A stretch of DNA of 64,000 nt from an uncultured Pseudomonadota bacterium (GCA_963737355.1 CAVTSC010000002.1:227907-291906), one strand, 5' to 3'. Shown: positions 1-10,089, counted from the stretch's first letter. Made by a program: numbers and translations. The notes: a model not told the origin generated them from the letters alone.

Positions 1-157
1 CGTCCCAGACCACCTCGGTTAGCTCCCCCTGCGTGTCATCGTCGATACCGGCAAGGGTAAGGGTTTGGAGCTGGTCGCCTAGATCAGAGACGTCTTCGAC
101 AAGCCATCGCCGGTTGCGAACCTGAACAAAATCTCCCAGTTGAGGATGCATCAGCAT
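1..157 (-). CDS. drmD: 5' end of a DISARM DrmD-like SNF2 helicase (runs off the left edge)
   Basis: Manual translation MLMHPQLGDFVQVRNRRWLVEDVSDLGDQLQTLTLAGIDDDTQGELTEVVWD resembles the DrmD N-terminus (G..V.VR.R.WLVE.V...L..IDDD.QGE..EV.W). Not in the ORF track; only 52 codons visible. Confidence 0.65.
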   Translation of the reverse strand, partial: MLMHPQLGDFVQVRNRRWLVEDVSDLGDQLQTLTLAGIDDDTQGELTEVVWD

Positions 158-617
158 TGGCTTTCTCGAAGCAGTTGCGCCTGTTTCCTTTTTTGGACGT
201 TTATCGCAAAACCTACAAGGGTGCCAATGGCGGCTTGGCGCCCCGAAAAAGCCTGCGTCGTATCTGATGCTGCGTTTCCGGTTCTGACACGAGGCGAGCG
301 CTGGAACGCAATAATGGGCCGGCCGTGTTGGATCCGACCGGCGCGGCAAAGCAGCAGCTGCTATAGTCCGATCAACCGCCCTTAACATGTTGACAAATTC
401 CCATAAACGCAGGTTAAATGGAGGTATTGATCGGTTGCCTGCATGCGGGTGACCTAACCGAGCGGAGCGACGATAGCCGTGAGGAATGGTCATAGTAGGT
501 GATCGCGTCGGATGTGCCCTGGGAAGTACGGTTTTGTTGTGTTGACAAAACCGATGATACCAACGGCGAGACACGCCAGGTCGGCAATACGGCCATTCAA
601 CCGAGTTCTGAAGGTGA

Positions 618-2306
618 ATGGTCATGCGCAGATTTCCTCAAACTAATGCCAACCCATTATCAGCAGCCGAACTGTCGGCTGATAATGTTGTCAAACGTCG
701 TGATCTGTCAGCGATCGATGATCTTCTGGCGGGATACAGTTTCGTTAAGGACAATTTTCAAACCGAGGTCCAGGCTGCTGCGAAATGCTATGTGAAATTC
801 CGGCGGTGGTTCACCAAGGCTTTTGTCAATCATTATATCAACGTGAGCTGGGAGACTGATGTTCTGCCCACCTACAAGGGGCTTGTCGGCGAGATCTTTG
901 ATTGGCTTCAGCACATGTCGCTGCCCGATATGAATGTAAATTCCCTTCACAGCCTCAATCAAGCGATTAAAGCCCTCCAGAAGGTTTCTGATTCAGACAC
1001 TTTTGCAGCGTTCTTTTCTCCGGATCTTGAGCATATGCTCCGCCTGACGATCTATAAAGCATCCGCAGGTGATGAAATTTGTCAACGCGAAGTGGCGCAG
1101 CGCTGTATCATGCTTGCCGTTTCGGACAACGAGAATAGAAAAGGCGACAGTCATCTCTATTTTCGGTCGGCGATCGGCTGGCTGAATCCGGGCGTTCTGG
1201 ACACGAGCATCGAAACGGCACAACGCGATTTCTTATCTCCAGTTTATGCACTGTTGGCCGGCGATGTGACGTTGACGCAGCTTCGTGACAAAATCGAACC
1301 GCATCAGTTTCGGCTAATCTTCGGCCTGACGAACACGGGCAATGGCGTCCCCCTCACCGCAACGGGGGGTGATGCAGACGCCACCGATCTGCAAAAGGTG
1401 CAGTCGGTCAATGGCCCTAGTATTATTGTCTTTCCGACTATCGGTGATCCAGATGAAAATCTGCGTGCCCGCGAAGCAAAAAAAATGATCGAACCGGTGT
1501 TGGCAAAATCGATTCCGTTGGTGGCACCGCCAAATTTGAAGGTGGTCCGGCATAACTTGGTTGCTGCATTTCCTCACGCGGGCGACATTATTGATGCAGT
1601 ACTCAAAGATGTTTCGTCCCGAAGAACAGCTGAAGGCCACCCATACATTGGGTTCCGCCCGGTCCTTCTGGTCGGAGAGCCAGGCTCCGGAAAATCAACA
1701 TTTGCGCAGCAAGTTGGCGAAATGCTCGGGCTTAAACCGTTGCTTTACGGATGCGCCGCCAGCACGCCCGACGGCATGTTCGGAAGCACCGCCCGGGCAT
1801 GGGGCACGGGCATGATGTCGACGCCAGCATCGCATATTTTGCGCAACGGGATCGCCAATCCTTTGGTCGTTTTGGATGAGATTGAAAAGGCCGGATCCAG
1901 CAAAAACAACGGAAGTCTCCTTGATGTCATTTTGCCGATGCTCGAGTCCAGCACGGCATCCCAGATCTACTGTAGCCATCTGAAGGCTCCCACAAATTTG
2001 TCAAAGATTTGCTGGATCGCAACTGCAAACTCCCTATCTAGCCTGTCGGCACCTTTGCGCGACAGGTTTCGGATCATGCACTTTCCAGTTCCATCTAACT
2101 TACATCTAGCAAAGCTGGCGGATTCCTTGTTGTATACCATCGCACGTGACCGTGGGCTCGATCTGCGTTGGGCATCTGCACTGACGGCAGTCGAGATTGA
2201 GATGGTACGCCAGCACTGGCGCGGCGGATCAATTCGAGCCCTGCGTCGGCTGGTAGAGGTAGTTTTTGATGCCCGTGACTACAATCTTAGTGTCGTATCG
2301 AATTAA
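618..2306 (+). CDS. Lon-like AAA+ ATPase with no protease domain
   Basis: Walker A GEPGSGKS, Walker B LVVLDEIEK, sensor WIATAN, PLRDRF arginine-finger segment; the ORF ends right after the AAA lid. Confidence 0.85.
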   Translation: MVMRRFPQTNANPLSAAELSADNVVKRRDLSAIDDLLAGYSFVKDNFQTEVQAAAKCYVKFRRWFTKAFVNHYINVSWETDVLPTYKGLVGEIFDWLQHMSLPDMNVNSLHSLNQAIKALQKVSDSDTFAAFFSPDLEHMLRLTIYKASAGDEICQREVAQRCIMLAVSDNENRKGDSHLYFRSAIGWLNPGVLDTSIETAQRDFLSPVYALLAGDVTLTQLRDKIEPHQFRLIFGLTNTGNGVPLTATGGDADATDLQKVQSVNGPSIIVFPTIGDPDENLRAREAKKMIEPVLAKSIPLVAPPNLKVVRHNLVAAFPHAGDIIDAVLKDVSSRRTAEGHPYIGFRPVLLVGEPGSGKSTFAQQVGEMLGLKPLLYGCAASTPDGMFGSTARAWGTGMMSTPASHILRNGIANPLVVLDEIEKAGSSKNNGSLLDVILPMLESSTASQIYCSHLKAPTNLSKICWIATANSLSSLSAPLRDRFRIMHFPVPSNLHLAKLADSLLYTIARDRGLDLRWASALTAVEIEMVRQHWRGGSIRALRRLVEVVFDARDYNLSVVSN

Positions 2307-2321
2307 AAAGCGGAGGTTTCA

Positions 2322-2554
2322 ATGCTTCTGGGGGATATTACGGACGGCGCAAGCTACATCGGGGATGCGGAGAAACGCACTCATGGATGCCGCATTCGCG
2401 GTGCAGAGGAATGCTAATTCGGCTCGTGCATGGCGGGCAAAAGCAGAGGCGTTGGAGGCTGAACGTAACACGCTGTTGGCTGATTATAATATTTTAGTCG
2501 GGCAGTTATAACGCGCTCGCCGCATTCGCAAAGTTATAGGGTATCGTACGCTAG
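2322..2554 (+). pseudogene. Degraded tandem paralog of the 83-aa coiled-coil protein downstream
   Basis: GGAGG RBS before ATG 2322; WRAKAEALEAERNTLLADYNILV matches the paralog; a shifted frame then gives YNALAAFAKL*GIVR* versus YNRLGTYAKSKGIVR*. Confidence 0.7.
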
Positions 2555-2576
2555 CACATAAAAAAGGAAGACGAAA

Positions 2577-2828
2577 ATGATCATTCCAATCGCAGGCATT
2601 GCGGAAGCAATTGGAGAAGCAGGAAACTATACCGACTTTTTTGCACTCCAGCGCGAGCAACAGTTGCGCGCCGCTGCACGGCGGAGTGCCGACGCCGCGG
2701 ACCAGTGGCGCGCAAAAGCGCGCGCGCTTGAGGGAGAGCGCGACCGGTTGTTGGCTGACTATAATATCCTTGTGAACGAGTATAATCGCCTCGGGACCTA
2801 TGCGAAATCAAAAGGTATCGTGCGATGA
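2577..2828 (+). CDS. Small coiled-coil hypothetical protein (83 aa)
   Basis: AAGGAAG RBS; conserved with the upstream paralog mainly at the amino-acid level, which supports coding. Confidence 0.7.
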   Translation: MIIPIAGIAEAIGEAGNYTDFFALQREQQLRAAARRSADAADQWRAKARALEGERDRLLADYNILVNEYNRLGTYAKSKGIVR

Positions 2829-3655
2829 TCCAGTCTGTGCTTCAGGTTGCCCCGATCAAAAGCGGCGCGAAAGGAATGGGAAGGGCAGCCTGAGTTCAGC
2901 AGGTCGCTGAAATCGGCACGGCACGGCTCAAGGTCCAAGAGCAGCCGCATGATGCGTACGACGACGGGCGGGCTTTTCCGCGAGCCGTTGCGCCAGTTTT
3001 GAATGCTGCGTTCCGACGCACCGAGGACGGTCGATGCGTTCCGGGTAGACCAACCCAAAACGTCCAGAAAAAAAGCGAACTCATCGGTAGTTAATGTACC
3101 ATCGAGCTGCTGCAGTTGTTCGACGAGATCCCATGAGTAACGTACGTCTTCCGCCGTTGTAATCACGCGCAATAACCGCGCCACCGGCGCCGGGATATCC
3201 TGCTGATCGCTCAGCCAACGCTCAACGGTGCGACCGGTCACGCCAAGCATCGTCGCCAGGGACCTGTGACTAAGATTCATGCGTGCCATAATGAATGTCA
3301 GCTCATCGGGCACCATGCGATCTCTCGGCCCCGCGGCCTTCAGGGAAAACACCAATTTGGCATTCACCTCTTGCGCGATTTCCAGATATATCGCGCTCAG
3401 TGGTAGGTGGAGCGCGATAAAACGGTCGATGTGGTCGTCATCGCCGGCGCCGCGCGCCAAAGTCGCTACACCACTTTGACTGCCGTAAAAAGGGACAGTA
3501 ATTTGTTCATGGTGACCGTCCAGATGCTCCACATCAACCGCAACCAACGCGCCCATCGCTTCGATTTCGGAGGCAGCTCGTTTGCAATCGCGCATGTCCG
3601 ATAAAATGACATATTCATGACCGACAATCTTAGTGTTCTCATCAAGCCGCATCAT
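2798..3655 (-). CDS. Unknown N-terminal domain plus two tandem Xre-type HTH domains
   Basis: LSHRSLATMLGVTGRTVERWLSDQQDIPAPVARLL and WSTRNASTVLGASERSIQNWRNGSRKSPPVVVRIM; GGAGA RBS before ATG 3655. Confidence 0.75.
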   Translation of the reverse strand: MMRLDENTKIVGHEYVILSDMRDCKRAASEIEAMGALVAVDVEHLDGHHEQITVPFYGSQSGVATLARGAGDDDHIDRFIALHLPLSAIYLEIAQEVNAKLVFSLKAAGPRDRMVPDELTFIMARMNLSHRSLATMLGVTGRTVERWLSDQQDIPAPVARLLRVITTAEDVRYSWDLVEQLQQLDGTLTTDEFAFFLDVLGWSTRNASTVLGASERSIQNWRNGSRKSPPVVVRIMRLLLDLEPCRADFSDLLNSGCPSHSFRAAFDRGNLKHRLDHRTIPFDFA

Positions 3656-3986
3656 GGTTCTTCTCCTGCCGGGCTTGATGATCAATCTCGATGATGTAGC
3701 TTTCGATATCTGACATAGCCCTGTTATATCCGTCCGGATCCATCATGTGGATCTCAGGAAACGCTCCACATCGTGACAATCGCATGTAGGCATCTTCGCG
3801 TGGCATTGCGGTTTGCCTCGCATTCACCGTATACCAGCGCACTTTCGGCATACCGCCAAATGACAGCACATAACGTGCAAAAACCGGCAGCCGCCCACAC
3901 CGGCGCAGAATCTCCCCATTGACCCTCCATCCCTGAAATGACGGATCTGTCACACGACTTATCAGGTATTTGTCTGCGTCTTTCAT
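3642..3986 (-). CDS. Hypothetical protein (114 aa), overlaps the start of the double-HTH gene
   Basis: Operon-like overlap; AT-rich upstream region. Confidence 0.55.
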   Translation of the reverse strand: MKDADKYLISRVTDPSFQGWRVNGEILRRCGRLPVFARYVLSFGGMPKVRWYTVNARQTAMPREDAYMRLSRCGAFPEIHMMDPDGYNRAMSDIESYIIEIDHQARQEKNHDAA

Positions 3987-4100
3987 GAGAATACCTACAT
4001 TCGACGTGGTGTACCATATAGGAGCATTCAGAAAGCCGCCACAAAAATCAACAACAACTATTTGATATCATTTTGTTTTTTCTTATTTTTGTTTGTTGCT

Positions 4101-6773
4101 CTAAGAGGCTGGAACTTCTTCTCTGCAGGATGGGATATCTTCCATCGCATCAGCATTATCCATCACCACCTGGGTGACGGGCGGTGCGATTTCAGCCGCA
4201 TATGCGGCCGCCGCATCGACGGCATTTCTGAGTTCATCGGGGCAACTCAACGATTTTCCGACTATTTTGATGATGTCGAAATCGCTGCGGTCGTCAATGG
4301 GATCCTCGGCGTCGCGGAGCCCTGTGCGGCTGACACGCAACGTGACGTCAGGGGCGCGCAGTGGAACGGTCTCGCGGCTGATATAAACTAGAAGGTTATC
4401 GCGATGGCGGGTCATCGCAACGTATGCGGCCTTGGACGCTTCAGCCGTGACAAACCAGAGCACCTGGTTCCACGTCCCACCCTGCGAGCTCATTGTCGTT
4501 AAACAAAACGCGTGTTGAAGGTGGGGTGGCGAACCGTTCCTGCCGGAAATTTTGAGTTGCTGCGCGGTGGTTCGAAACTGTCGGTCATCATCAGTGATGA
4601 GCGTGATCGCATCACCGTCAATCAGCACATTATTGAAAATGGTTCCATTTTCAATAATGTGGCCATTGCCAAGGTTGAGTTGGGCGCCCGCAATCAAACC
4701 ATCGCCCGTCGCGATACAGAGCTTCCCCGGTTTTGCGTTTTTACCGCGGGGCACCGCACTAATCACTGTATCTGCCCCTGTTACAATCCGAAGATCCCGA
4801 GCTACGTCACGCAACGCAGTATTAATGCTGGCGACATTTCTATTCGTCGCCGTGATCGCCATCGCATCGCCACCCGACGCGCGGAACGCCGCGGCAATCC
4901 GGCTGACGGCTTCATCGGTTGTCTGACCTACCGTCACATGCCCATGGCCGGCGTAATCATCAAGGGCCTGATCGACCACGCCGGCTTGGGCTTTCATGCT
5001 CGCGCCACGCATCCACGCCACTTTCTGCCGGCGGATTTGTCTGATCTGTGTCGCGGGATTTGCCTTTGCGATGATGGCCAAAGGATCGCCTGCTTTGATG
5101 CTGGACATCTGTCGTGTATCACCGACAAACACGATCTTGGTCCCTGTCGTGGCGCCGATCTCCAACAACTCTAATGCGAGCTCGCGGTGGAGCTTTCCCG
5201 CCTCATCGATCAGAATTACATCATCCGGACCAAGCTTCAAATTTCCCGCACGGTGCTGGTTGATAATCCGATCAACACTAAATTTTTCTTCGATCTCCAG
5301 CTCGCGCGCGAGGACGCCGGCAGCGCGCCATTCTGGCGACGCTAGGAGGAGACGTTTGCCGTCGACCTCACACGCACGCTTGATCCCCGCGCTTGCCGTT
5401 GTTTTTCCGACGCCAGCACCGCCTTCAATCGCGATCGATCCGCCAACCCCGAGGGCATCGCGCAGGGCATCACGTTGCTCTGTGCTGAGCCGATCGTCAT
5501 CAAACGCTGCTGCCAAGGCCGCTGCGCTGAACCTAGATGCTTCTGTGCTGCGCGATTTGACAATCTCAGTAATACGCATTTCATCCGAAATGATCTGCGG
5601 CGTGGACAAAATTGGCTGCCCTTCGTCGGCGGCTATTTGCACGAGCTCACCGGACCTTTTCATAGTGCCGAGTGTGGCGTCGATGTAGCTGAGTTGATCC
5701 ACCCGACCGATCGCTGCACAAATCGTCTGCGCCACCAGCCGGCGCTGGTCCCAAAAAGATCGCGTCTCTGCCATACCTTCGATCGCTTCGGTCATGATCG
5801 CCTGCATCTCGCCTTGTTGGCGGGCGGGAGCGCGATAAATGGGTGGGCCGTCCAGATGTGCCCACTCCACGCCGGGCTCAATGCCATGTTCGGCAGCCTC
5901 CGCAGTCCACTTCTCATCAAGCTCCGGTAGTGGCGGGATATCCGCCTTGCGGGCTCGAGTTTGCAGAGCAACAATCTGCGCCGCGGCTGCATCGTCCCCT
6001 GTCAGAAACCCCTGCCGGGCGGCCTCGGCCTTGATCTTCTGACGGCGCGTTGACCAAGAAACCCGGAGATCGTCAGGAACGTCCGCTACAATGAACCCAT
6101 GTTCTGCGTGTGCTGCAACAGAGATGCCATTTGTCTCGAGCGCGCGACCTACCTTCCACTTGAAGATCGCGTCCAGGAGAATGCGGTTTTCTTTTAACTT
6201 TTCATTATTTATGGCGCCGCAGCTGCCGTCCTGCCGCTCCGCGATGTTCGGGAGCACGCAGTGACAATGCAAATTTGGATCACCTTCGCGCGTGCTGTGG
6301 TGCAGATACAGAGCTGCCGCAAAGGATTTCGCGGGACGGCGGATCGTCCCGCCTTTTCCTTGCCTGCACTCGATGAGACCTTGCTTATGGACCAAATCCA
6401 AAATCTCGCGTGTCGCTTGATATAGAATTGCCTCGAGGCGCGCTCGATCTGCGGCGCCACAAAGCGCCCACAACACCGAGAAGTCCTTTGGTGGTGTCAA
6501 GCAGACATCAAGTGCGGCCCGCCGTTTTTTTGGAAGTTGATCTGAGAGGGGCTTTCCGCTTTTCGCGTCACAGCCTTTCGCCAGGCGCTGCAATTCGAAC
6601 GGCATGACGACCGATTTGTCCTCTGTCTGCCAATTCGTCGGAGAACACCACACGCCCGGGGGCTCCCCGCCACCGGCGTCGACGTAATACGCCATGCGAC
6701 CTGGCGCATCGCCAGACGTGCGCGCGTTATCAGTGTAGTAGGTGATGTCTTTAACCCAAGCATCAGAGATCAT
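4101..6773 (-). CDS. MobF (TrwC/TraI-type) relaxase-helicase
   Basis: N-terminal YY pairs, LHHSTREGDPNLHCH HUH motif, WSTRRQKI, RecD-like helicase motifs GGAGVGKTT, ILIDEAG, VGDTRQ, YVAMTRHR. Confidence 0.93.
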   Translation of the reverse strand: MISDAWVKDITYYTDNARTSGDAPGRMAYYVDAGGGEPPGVWCSPTNWQTEDKSVVMPFELQRLAKGCDAKSGKPLSDQLPKKRRAALDVCLTPPKDFSVLWALCGAADRARLEAILYQATREILDLVHKQGLIECRQGKGGTIRRPAKSFAAALYLHHSTREGDPNLHCHCVLPNIAERQDGSCGAINNEKLKENRILLDAIFKWKVGRALETNGISVAAHAEHGFIVADVPDDLRVSWSTRRQKIKAEAARQGFLTGDDAAAAQIVALQTRARKADIPPLPELDEKWTAEAAEHGIEPGVEWAHLDGPPIYRAPARQQGEMQAIMTEAIEGMAETRSFWDQRRLVAQTICAAIGRVDQLSYIDATLGTMKRSGELVQIAADEGQPILSTPQIISDEMRITEIVKSRSTEASRFSAAALAAAFDDDRLSTEQRDALRDALGVGGSIAIEGGAGVGKTTASAGIKRACEVDGKRLLLASPEWRAAGVLARELEIEEKFSVDRIINQHRAGNLKLGPDDVILIDEAGKLHRELALELLEIGATTGTKIVFVGDTRQMSSIKAGDPLAIIAKANPATQIRQIRRQKVAWMRGASMKAQAGVVDQALDDYAGHGHVTVGQTTDEAVSRIAAAFRASGGDAMAITATNRNVASINTALRDVARDLRIVTGADTVISAVPRGKNAKPGKLCIATGDGLIAGAQLNLGNGHIIENGTIFNNVLIDGDAITLITDDDRQFRTTAQQLKISGRNGSPPHLQHAFCLTTMSSQGGTWNQVLWFVTAEASKAAYVAMTRHRDNLLVYISRETVPLRAPDVTLRVSRTGLRDAEDPIDDRSDFDIIKIVGKSLSCPDELRNAVDAAAAYAAEIAPPVTQVVMDNADAMEDIPSCREEVPAS

Positions 6774-6835
6774 ACCCGAATCATAAGTGACTATCTTAGC
6801 AAGGGACTAACTATTTCTTGTTTTGTGCCGCAGGC

Positions 6836-7145
6836 GCCTCTGTCACTGAAGGTGCGTCATGTGTGGAGAAAAAATGACAGCTGGGTGCCGCCCGCTCGTC
6901 CGATGCGAATGCCCCCATAGCGCGGGCTGCACAACAGATGATTGCCCTTCCCAATCGATTTATTTCCCAATAATTCCGGGAATTTCTGGGAATTATTGGG
7001 AAATAATAAGATAAAAATACACGCAATATTAATGGGTTGTTGATATCCATGTGTGATCAAATGTCGCTTTTGTGTGATACAAAACCGCGTATGCGTGCCT
7101 GTATGCGACGGTGGTGTGATATAACGCGATGCCAGTGTAATGATA
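6836..7145 (+). other. Candidate oriT
   Basis: GGTGCGTCATGTGT^GGAG (6851-6868) resembles MOBF nic sites; perfect 18-bp inverted repeat at 6960-6977/6989-7006; GTGTGAT-type motifs phased at 21 bp; lies just upstream of the relaxase. Confidence 0.6.
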
Positions 7146-7213
7146 AACAGGTTTACCGTACCGGGTGAACGGTGCCCAGCGCGTCAGGATATAATCCTGT
7201 CGCCAGAGAAGGT

Positions 7214-7888
7214 TCAGGTCGGTAATTCGGCCTGTTCGAGCAGCCACGGCTCCGCTTGCGCCAAGCCCTTGACGCGGATTCCATCGACGTGGCTTTCGTA
7301 GGACACGTGATGATGTCCGTGGACGATTAGCTTGGCCCCCATCTGCTGCGCCAATTGGTCGATCGCAATAAAGCCGTTGCGATGGCAGCTGGGGGCTTCA
7401 TGGGTGACAAGGATGTCCGCCTGTAGCCGCCCCAGAGCTTCATGATCTTCATAGAAAATCGAGTCTCTGTGTCTCCGGGGAAGTCCGCCGCGCCACCGGT
7501 CAGAGCGGGCCGTGTCCTTGATCATCTTAGCACGGGTGACCAGCGCGTTCGGTTCAGCTGCGAGTTGCGGATACCAAACCTTTGACCTGTAAACCCCACC
7601 CAAGCCGGCAACGATCCGACCGTCCAGCTGGGAAACGACAGCATGCAGGTTGCCGCGCGGGTGGTCAGTGAATAGGTGGTCGAACAGATCTTCGGTGTCA
7701 GCATCGTGGTTACCGGGGATCCACCGCCAGTCCGGCACCAAATCCCAGACCGGCGCCAGTTTCTGACGCAGCGGTACGTCGAGACCACAGTCGCCCAGCA
7801 GAACCACAGCGGCGGGCCGGTGCTGCTGAACAGCCGCAAAAAGAGGAGGCCACTCCCCATGTGGGTCGCCAAAAAACAAAATGCTCAT
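7214..7888 (-). CDS. Calcineurin-like metallophosphoesterase
   Basis: GDPHG, LGD, GNHD, VTHEAP and HGHHH motifs. Confidence 0.9.
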   Translation of the reverse strand: MSILFFGDPHGEWPPLFAAVQQHRPAAVVLLGDCGLDVPLRQKLAPVWDLVPDWRWIPGNHDADTEDLFDHLFTDHPRGNLHAVVSQLDGRIVAGLGGVYRSKVWYPQLAAEPNALVTRAKMIKDTARSDRWRGGLPRRHRDSIFYEDHEALGRLQADILVTHEAPSCHRNGFIAIDQLAQQMGAKLIVHGHHHVSYESHVDGIRVKGLAQAEPWLLEQAELPT

Positions 7889-8194
7889 GTGTAGGTTTCT
7901 CTAAAAATTTTTAGAGAATAAACGTCAAAAAAGATTTCGCCAACCCGGTAGCCGCCTAGCGAGCGATCGGTTTTTGAGGCGTGAAAGCCAGTTCTGGAGA
8001 CTCCAAAGCGGTAGGAGCGGCTGGAAGCTGGTCCTCACGCCGATGCGTGTGCCTACGGCGAGATTGCGCCCATTGTCGTCGTTCCCGGGCTCGGGCGCAT
8101 GACCAGAAAGCTGCCGTTTCCGCGGGAAGCGGTTTTCCAGAATTCATCAAGGCTTTTGAGCAAACGCGATAACGGCCATTGTGGAAATAGCTCA

Positions 8195-9088
8195 TCAGGT
8201 CCGAATACGCAGCGTGTCTACAAGCAAACTGAAGGCGGGAAGTGGCTGACGGCGGCTCGGGTAGTAGAGGTGATAACCTGAAAACAGCGGACACCAATCG
8301 GCCAGGACTTGAACAAGCCGTCCTTCCGCAAGATGCGTCTGCACCACGTCCTCGGGCAGATAGGCGAGGCCGAGGCCAGCCAGAGCCATGTTGAGCATCT
8401 GGGTGATGGTGTTGAACACTAGCTGCCCCTCGGCCCGCACCTTCAACTCGTGCCCGTCTTTCACAAACGGCCACTGCCACAGCCCGCCGGAGGTAGGCAG
8501 ACGGAGGTTTATGCAGGCGTGGCCAGTTAGATCATGCGGTGTTTCCGGCGGTTGCCGCGTTTTGAAATAAGATGGTGCGCCGACGACCGTCTGGCGGAAG
8601 TCAGGCCCGATCCGAACAGCAATCATGCCCCTTGCGACCTGTTCGCCCAAGCGCACACCCGCGTCATAGCGTTCAGCTACAATGTCGATCAGGCCATAAT
8701 CGTTCGTGATTTCGACGTTGATATCAGGATAGTCCGGTAACAGCTTTGTTAGGGCGGGCGACAGGATCGTGTCAGTCGCATGCTCAACCGACGTGATGCG
8801 CAGGCTTCCTGCCGGTTTGTCCCGCAACGCGGTCAGCGCAGCCAATCCCGCCTCTATTCCCTCGAAATGCGGTCCTAGAGTTTGGATTAGACGTTCCCCG
8901 GCTTCAGTGGGCGCGACGCTGCGAGTTGTGCGGGTAAGGAGGCGCAGTCCAAGCCGCCCTTCAAGAGTGCGGATGGTATGGCTCAACGCGGGCTGTGACA
9001 CGCCAAGCTGTGCCGCCGCCTTGGTAAAGCTCTGCTCCCGCGCGACCACCAGAAAGGCAGTCAGGTCGTTCAAAGTCTCACGCCCCAT
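8195..9088 (-). CDS. LysR family regulator (CrgA/PgrR-like)
   Basis: SFTKAAAQLGVSQPALSHTIRTLE HTH plus substrate-binding domain; divergent from an SDR gene. Confidence 0.95.
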   Translation of the reverse strand: MGRETLNDLTAFLVVAREQSFTKAAAQLGVSQPALSHTIRTLEGRLGLRLLTRTTRSVAPTEAGERLIQTLGPHFEGIEAGLAALTALRDKPAGSLRITSVEHATDTILSPALTKLLPDYPDINVEITNDYGLIDIVAERYDAGVRLGEQVARGMIAVRIGPDFRQTVVGAPSYFKTRQPPETPHDLTGHACINLRLPTSGGLWQWPFVKDGHELKVRAEGQLVFNTITQMLNMALAGLGLAYLPEDVVQTHLAEGRLVQVLADWCPLFSGYHLYYPSRRQPLPAFSLLVDTLRIRT

Positions 9089-9249
9089 TTATAAACCCTG
9101 TTTATAATTCTATGCTAGTTATAGCCTCTAATCGTATGACTGCGCACCTGCTAAATTAGTCATAGACAAGCGGGAAAGCGTCCGTGTTCTAGGAAGTAAA
9201 CCGACGCCGCCCTCTCAAGTCAGAGCAAATAGAACGAGTAAAAGGAGGG

Positions 9250-10089
9250 GTGATGATGAATAAGGTATGGTTTATTACTGGTGCAGGCAGCGGGCTTGGC
9301 GCGGGCACTGCTAGAGCGGCCCTTAAAGCTGGCGACCACGTGGTCGCGACAGGCCGTAATCTCGACAAGGTGCGCAAGGCCCTTGGTGAGCCGGGAGACA
9401 ACCTCGCATTGGTCAAGCTGGACGTGACAGACGGGGCGCAAGCCAAGGCGGCTGTTAATGAGGCGGTGCAAAAATTTGGCCGGATTGATGTTCTCGTGAA
9501 CAACGCCGGGAACAGCATCCTTGGAAATTTCGAGGAACTGAAGGCGGCTGATTTTGAAAGCCAGTTTGCGACGAACTTCTGGGGTGTTTCGAATGTTATG
9601 CGTGCCGTCCTGCCAGTGATGCGCCGCCAGAAGTCAGGCTACATCATGAACATCAGTTCCACGGCTGGCGCGGTCGGGCTGAAGCACTGCAGTGCCTATT
9701 GCGCGGCGAAGTTCGCGGTAGAAGGTCTTTCCTTCGCTGTGGCGACGGAAGTCGAGCAATTCGGGATCAAGATGACGGTCGTGGAACCGGGTTTTTTCCG
9801 CACCGAGTTGCTGGACGCCAGCAACGTCAAATATGCTGAAAGCTCCATCAAAGACTACGCGCATGAGGGGCCGGCAGAAGCGATGTGGTCGCCCTATGAC
9901 GGCCAGCAACCTGGCGATCCGGACAAGTTCGGCCACGCGGTCGTGCAACTTGCCCAGATGGCGGCCCCGCCGAAAGTGTTCGTTGCAGGTAAGGATGGTC
10001 TGGATTTGGTCACGCCAATTGTCGAGGAGCGGCTGAAGGATATGCGCGACCATGAAGCGCTTTCTTCCTCCACTGCTATTGACGCCTGA
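9250..10089 (+). CDS. Short-chain dehydrogenase/reductase
   Basis: TGAGSGLG, NNAG, YCAAK. Confidence 0.95.
   Translation: MMMNKVWFITGAGSGLGAGTARAALKAGDHVVATGRNLDKVRKALGEPGDNLALVKLDVTDGAQAKAAVNEAVQKFGRIDVLVNNAGNSILGNFEELKAADFESQFATNFWGVSNVMRAVLPVMRRQKSGYIMNISSTAGAVGLKHCSAYCAAKFAVEGLSFAVATEVEQFGIKMTVVEPGFFRTELLDASNVKYAESSIKDYAHEGPAEAMWSPYDGQQPGDPDKFGHAVVQLAQMAAPPKVFVAGKDGLDLVTPIVEERLKDMRDHEALSSSTAIDA

Noticed and set aside
7029-7247. 72-aa ORF with a 7-residue YH periodicity
   Set aside because: Better explained as a by-product of the 21-bp phased DNA boxes in the oriT region.
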